Assembly: GCF_001272835.1 (NCBI RefSeq)
Contig: NZ_CP010546.1
Span: forward strand, 452,809 to 484,808
Direction of reading: 5' to 3'
DNA length: 32,000 bases
DNA from: Mycoplasmoides pneumoniae FH
GTDB lineage: Bacteria > Bacillota_I > Bacilli_A > Mycoplasmatales > Mycoplasmoidaceae
The notes under the pieces are model-generated. The model saw nothing but the letters and a program-made list of their open reading frames with translations, had not been told where the DNA came from and made no database searches. The position numbers and the translations under genes were made by a program. The number at the start of each line of letters is the position of its first letter. The stretch's first letter is position 1. Shown here in pieces: positions 28,806 to 32,000 of the stretch.

Positions 28806-28823
28806 TGCAAAATTTTATTTGCA
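28806..28823 (-). promoter_or_regulatory. Candidate greA -10 box (TAAAAT) embedded between 6-bp inverted-repeat arms
   Basis: The minus strand reads TGCAAA-TAAAAT-TTTGCA, with arms at 28806-28811 and 28818-28823. It lies 72 nt upstream of greA ATG 28740. Confidence 0.35.
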
Positions 28824-28870
28824 ATTTGACCTAACAGCACTAGTTAAAGCTACTGCTTGTTGGATGACAG

Positions 28871-29011
28871 ATGACAACGAAAGACAATTCTGGCATTAAA
28901 AGTAAAAGACGGATTCGTTTTTTAGCTTTAGGAATTATTATTTTGATTCTTGTAATTGCTGTAATCACCATTTTATTTGTCACGGGTGTAATTACCCGCG
29001 CTAACCAATAA
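28871..29011 (+). CDS. 46-aa single-pass membrane micro-ORF: MTTKDNSGIKSKRRIRFLALGIIILILVIAVITILFVTGVITRANQ
   Basis: The ORF runs from ATG 28871 to TAA 29009-29011, 10 nt before the proS ATG. It has a basic N-terminal segment followed by a 23-residue hydrophobic helix. It is too short for the ORF track, which instead lists its antisense frame (28840..29079). Confidence 0.45.
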   Translation: MTTKDNSGIKSKRRIRFLALGIIILILVIAVITILFVTGVITRANQ

Positions 29012-29021
29012 AACGTAGTTG

Positions 29022-30473
29022 ATGGCCAATAAAGATCAAAATCTAACGCTTTGATACGACCAACTACTGAGCAAAGCACAGTTAGTGAGCTATGGCGATG
29101 TGAAGGGCACTAACTGTTTTTTACCCAACAGTTGGAACCTCTGACTACAAATTCAAAGACTCTATAATAACGCTACTGCTCTAATTAAATTAAAGGACAA
29201 GGTTATTTTAAAGCAGTTTATCCCGATTGAACCACTGCCATACACAGTGGAGCAAGTTCAACTACCGACCCTTTCCTTTTACAGTGAGTACCAAAAGGAA
29301 AAGCGTCATGTGGAGGGCTTTAATCCTGAGCTTTTTTTAATAGAGCAAATAGGTACTAAAAAACTCCATGATCCGCTAGTACTACGTCCTACTAGTGAAA
29401 TTGCTTTTTGTAACTTATGGAAAAAACAGAGCTTTTCTTACCAAAACCTTCCCGTTATCTATAACCAGTGAACCTGTGTTTTTCGCGCTGAAAAAAACAC
29501 CCGCCCTTTCTTGCGCAACAGTGAGTTTTACTGACAAGAAACCCACGGTTTGTTTAGTGATGGAGTTAATTCTGAAAGCGCAGCAATTGCTTTTTGAAAA
29601 CTGTACCAGGACATTATTGTCAACCAGCTCTGTATCCCCGCTTTTGTGGGGTTAAAGAGTCCCAATGAGCGCTTTGCCGGAGCACAAAATACCTGAACGG
29701 TGGAAAGCATTATGCCCGATGGGCAGGCATTGCAGTGTGCCACGAGCCATGATTTAGGGCAAACCTTTACCAAACCGTTTGGGCTAACCTTTCAAAACCA
29801 AGCCAACCAACAGGCCATTCCCTACAGCTTTAGTTGTGGAATTTCTACAAGAATCCTCGGTGCTTTACTGTTAACCCACAGTGATGACTTTGGACTGATA
29901 CTACCATGAAAAGTAGCACCAATTCAAGTCAAACTGTACTTATTTGACAAAAAAGGTGATACAAAGACAGTAGAGTTAGCACAGAAAGTGCAAACGTTGT
30001 TGGAACAATTAGCAATCCGTTTTCAATTTATTAAGGTCGAAAACCAGCTCGGTAAACAGTTAGGACAGGGTGAAGTCAACGGCATTCCCTTTCAACTAAT
30101 AGTTGACAATCCCCAAACAGTCAACATCTTTAACCGGTTAACCAGGGTCAAAACAGCTTACAGTTTCGAACAGTTGGCAAGCCGATTTGTGGAGCTCGTG
30201 CAACAGTACCATCAAGCAATGTATGACAAAGCCAAAGCAGTGGTACAGCAAAAGGTGGTGCAAGCCACTACTTTAAAGCAAATTGAACAAGCCTTTAATG
30301 ACAAAAAGGCTGTTTTGTGTGCGGTTCGTTTAACCGATACATTAGAACAGCAATTAAAGGAACGGTACCAGGTCACGGTGCGCTGTTGCTTAGAGCAGCT
30401 TCAAAAGCCCCAAATTTGTCCGTTTAGCGGTGAGTCAGCACAGGACTATGTCCTGATTGCGCGTGCCTATTAA
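29022..30473 (+). CDS. proS: Prolyl-tRNA synthetase, archaeal/eukaryote-like type (483 aa)
   Basis: ATG 29022 is in frame with track ORFs 29247..29471, 29700..29909 and 29988..30473. They join through TGA at 29052, 29142, 29469, 29532, 29595, 29694 and 29907. The motifs are FRAE, EFYWQETHG, RFAGA and ATSHDLGQTF. There is no large insertion (editing) domain, and the C-terminus ends in ...ARAY. Confidence 0.96.
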
Positions 30474-30580
30474 TAACTTTTTACGAAAACTTTTTGCTTA
30501 AAAGCAAACCCTAAATGTAAAGGCTAAAAAGGTGGTTTTTATTTTCCACTTCTGGTCGTTTTTTGTCAATAAAATCAGTT

Positions 30581-30608
30581 AAACCTTTAAATTTTTTAAG
30601 GTTTTTTT
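30581..30608 (+). terminator. Hairpin plus T-tract after proS, ending 9 nt before the next ATG
   Basis: AAACCTT (30581-30587) pairs with AAGGTTT (30598-30604) across a 10-nt loop and is followed by TTTT. The stem is AT-rich and therefore weak to moderate. Confidence 0.5.
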
Positions 30609-30617
30609 GATCTATTT

Positions 30618-30986
30618 ATGAGTTTTAAAGTTAAAAACCAGAGTAAGCACCTATACTCTTTAATGACGAAATTTAAACGTTCGCAACTGATCTTGAAGCA
30701 CCAAAGCAATAACTTTGCCTCAGAGTTGTGGAACGAAGAGGACATTATCCGCTCCAAGCAGTTTATCGAACTTATAGAAGACACGCTGCTCCACCTCAAG
30801 AAGGATACGGTCGACTTTATTTACGACATCTTCATTTATGGGAAGAAGCCGTGTGATATTAGTTACTCCAATTCGACCTATTACAAAAAGTTAAACAAGG
30901 CTGCAAATAGTTTTTTTGACCATTTTGTCTGGGAGGCTCCAATTTATAAGACAAAGGAGCTTAAAAATGACAATTCTCACAGTTAG
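30618..30986 (+). CDS. Uncharacterised 122-aa protein with a possible C-terminal sigma-70 region-4-like helix-turn-helix
   Basis: This is an intact track ORF (ATG 30618, TAG 30984-30986). The segment LLHLKKDTVDFIYDIFIYGKKPCDISYSNSTYYKKLNKAANSFF loosely follows the region-4 pattern L..L....R.VF.L....G.S..EIA......S..TV...L.RA...L. Confidence 0.7.
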   Translation: MSFKVKNQSKHLYSLMTKFKRSQLILKHQSNNFASELWNEEDIIRSKQFIELIEDTLLHLKKDTVDFIYDIFIYGKKPCDISYSNSTYYKKLNKAANSFFDHFVWEAPIYKTKELKNDNSHS

Positions 30987-31350
30987 ACAAATTCAAAATA
31001 ATTACTATACGGAATACTACATGGGTCCGGTTAGAAACTTTGCTGACAAAAAGGAAGTTTACTTTGATGCTAAGGTAAACAATATTGAAAGCAAAGTCAA
31101 CAAGGATAAAGCCTTGTTACACATAACCCTGGCGTTAAAGTACGACAGTAACTTTCCCAGTAATATGTTCCAAGCTCAGTTTAAACTGGGTAATTGAAGT
31201 AGTGAAAAGATTCCGCTGCAAAAAGCACCGGATAAAAATCCGATCTGGAAAATAAGATTCACTATTTTTATGCCACTTTGGAAGTGCCACGAACTGCCCT
31301 TATTAAACGGGAAATTAACCGCATTAGTGAGTATATTCGTGAAGAATTAA
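30967..31350 (+). CDS. Uncharacterised ORF (127 aa as read in one frame); probably the 5' part of a longer gene disrupted or shifted near 31234-31238
   Basis: ATG 30967 overlaps the upstream ORF by 20 nt. It is in frame with track ORF 30916..31197, reads through TGA 31195, and stops at TAA 31348-31350. The last ~35 residues (PIWKIRFTIFMPLWKCHELPLL...) look compositionally unlike the rest. Confidence 0.55.
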
Positions 31351-32000
31351 CAATTGCTTTTCGCTTAAATGACAGTAGTGATCGCTACCATTGGAGTAAC
31401 TATAACCTGTTCGATACAGTGGCAGCTGATATGTACCAAACGGTCATTAAAGAAACCGTTACCTTTGGTAACATGATTAGACTAAACCAACTCGAGGGCG
31501 AGAAGGAAGGTAACATCCAACAAAGTGAACTTAAATATGGTTGAACGATGTTGGACTACCGCAATATGGGGCCGCTGGAAGAGGTTAATAATTTAATTAA
31601 TATTAAGTTTAACCAACCAGTAAAAGTGGTAAGTGTTGGTGTGACCGTAAGCTATACAGCGCCTGATGGTAAACGCCAAGAGCTCAAAGATCAAGCTGAA
31701 TACCAGCACACCCTCAACCCCAATGAAGAGTTCAAACTGAACTTTCCCAGACGGCTAAGCTTTAACAGGGTAACTAAAAAGTTGGACTTTGACCCCAATG
31801 GTAGTGCCGTGTTCCTACCACAGGGTGGCTTTGGTAGCTATGAGATCAAACTGGAGGCTAATGTCGGCAACCAGTTCTACACAATTGTGGCTACTAACAG
31901 CTTTGAGTACGCCCATCCGTTTGACGATCCCAAGACCAATGACTTCTTTCTGGTGCAGTACGCTCCAGTCTACAGTCTGTTTAACTTTAGCGATTTAATT
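31278..32000 (+). CDS. Uncharacterised protein continuing beyond the window; start uncertain (TTG 31278, GTG 31284, CTG 31245, or fusion to the upstream ORF)
   Basis: Frame 0 is open from 31236 to nt 32000, with one TGA at 31542. The track shows only 31278..31544 because of that TGA and the window edge. The translation (HYFYATLEVPRTALIKREINRISEYIREEL...VSYTAPDGKRQELKDQAEYQH...) looks like a real protein. Confidence 0.6.

Noticed and set aside
28840-29079. A 79-aa minus-strand track ORF lies between greA and proS.
   Set aside because: It starts inside the proS coding region and is the mirror frame of the Ile/Leu/Val-rich plus-strand micro-ORF. The plus-strand reading gives a coherent positive-inside single-TM protein, whereas the minus-strand reading does not.
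30493-30508. The hairpin TTTGCT-TAAA-AGCAAA lies 20 nt after the proS stop; I considered it as the proS terminator.
   Set aside because: It is only 6 AT-rich base pairs and is followed by CCCTAAAT rather than a T-tract. The hairpin with a T-run at 30581-30608 is the better terminator candidate.
31789-31998. A plus-strand track ORF in frame 1 lies near the window end.
   Set aside because: It is out of frame with the long open frame 0 that spans 31236 to 32000 and reads as a plausible protein. It is likely a chance ORF.
1-32000. I searched for CRISPR arrays, IS or transposase genes, integrases, rRNA genes, restriction-modification genes and toxin-antitoxin pairs.
   Set aside because: I saw no direct-repeat/spacer arrays, no transposase or integrase-like ORFs and no rRNA-like sequence. 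The window is tightly packed housekeeping and core genes. I cannot exclude short RepMP-type repeats without comparison to the rest of the genome.

Overview
This window is a 32-kb core-chromosome segment from a Mollicute that reads UGA as Trp (translation table 4). Gene content, order and protein lengths match my memory of Mycoplasma (Mycoplasmoides) pneumoniae MPN378 to MPN405; that identification rests on memory, not on a search. The supplied ORF track used the standard code, so almost every real gene appears as 2-6 same-frame fragments separated only by TGA, and I re-joined them. The plus-strand block at 1-5093 carries dnaE (3' part), a 5'-3' exonuclease, fpg, a Cof-type HAD hydrolase and coaE. 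A 17-kb minus-strand block (21959 down to 5023) carries secDF, apt, nox, pdhA, pdhB, a small-RNA/Cys-rich micro-ORF locus, pdhC, pdhD, lplA, an MPN388-like ORF, a coiled-coil MPN387-like protein, a dNK-like kinase, a small membrane protein, leuS and a second Cof-type HAD hydrolase. After that come plus-strand rel/spoT and a minus-strand protein-M-family (IbpM-like) gene with two paralogous two-TM coiled-coil genes. Minus-strand greA is followed by a five-tRNA operon (Tyr-Gln-Lys-Leu-Gly). The window ends with a plus-strand membrane micro-ORF, proS and uncharacterised ORFs that run off the end. I saw no rRNA, CRISPR, IS/transposase or prophage signal. The items most worth a second look are (1) an insulated mini-gene between pdhB and pdhC encoding a 29-aa peptide with 9 Cys, (2) the IbpM-like three-gene surface operon, (3) an unlisted 46-aa membrane micro-ORF before proS, (4) a reading-frame break in the uncharacterised ORFs after proS, and (5) several extreme gene-packing junctions (71-nt convergent overlap, shared TTAA stops, overlapping divergent -10 boxes). 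All promoter and terminator calls are sequence-pattern inferences in an AT-rich genome.
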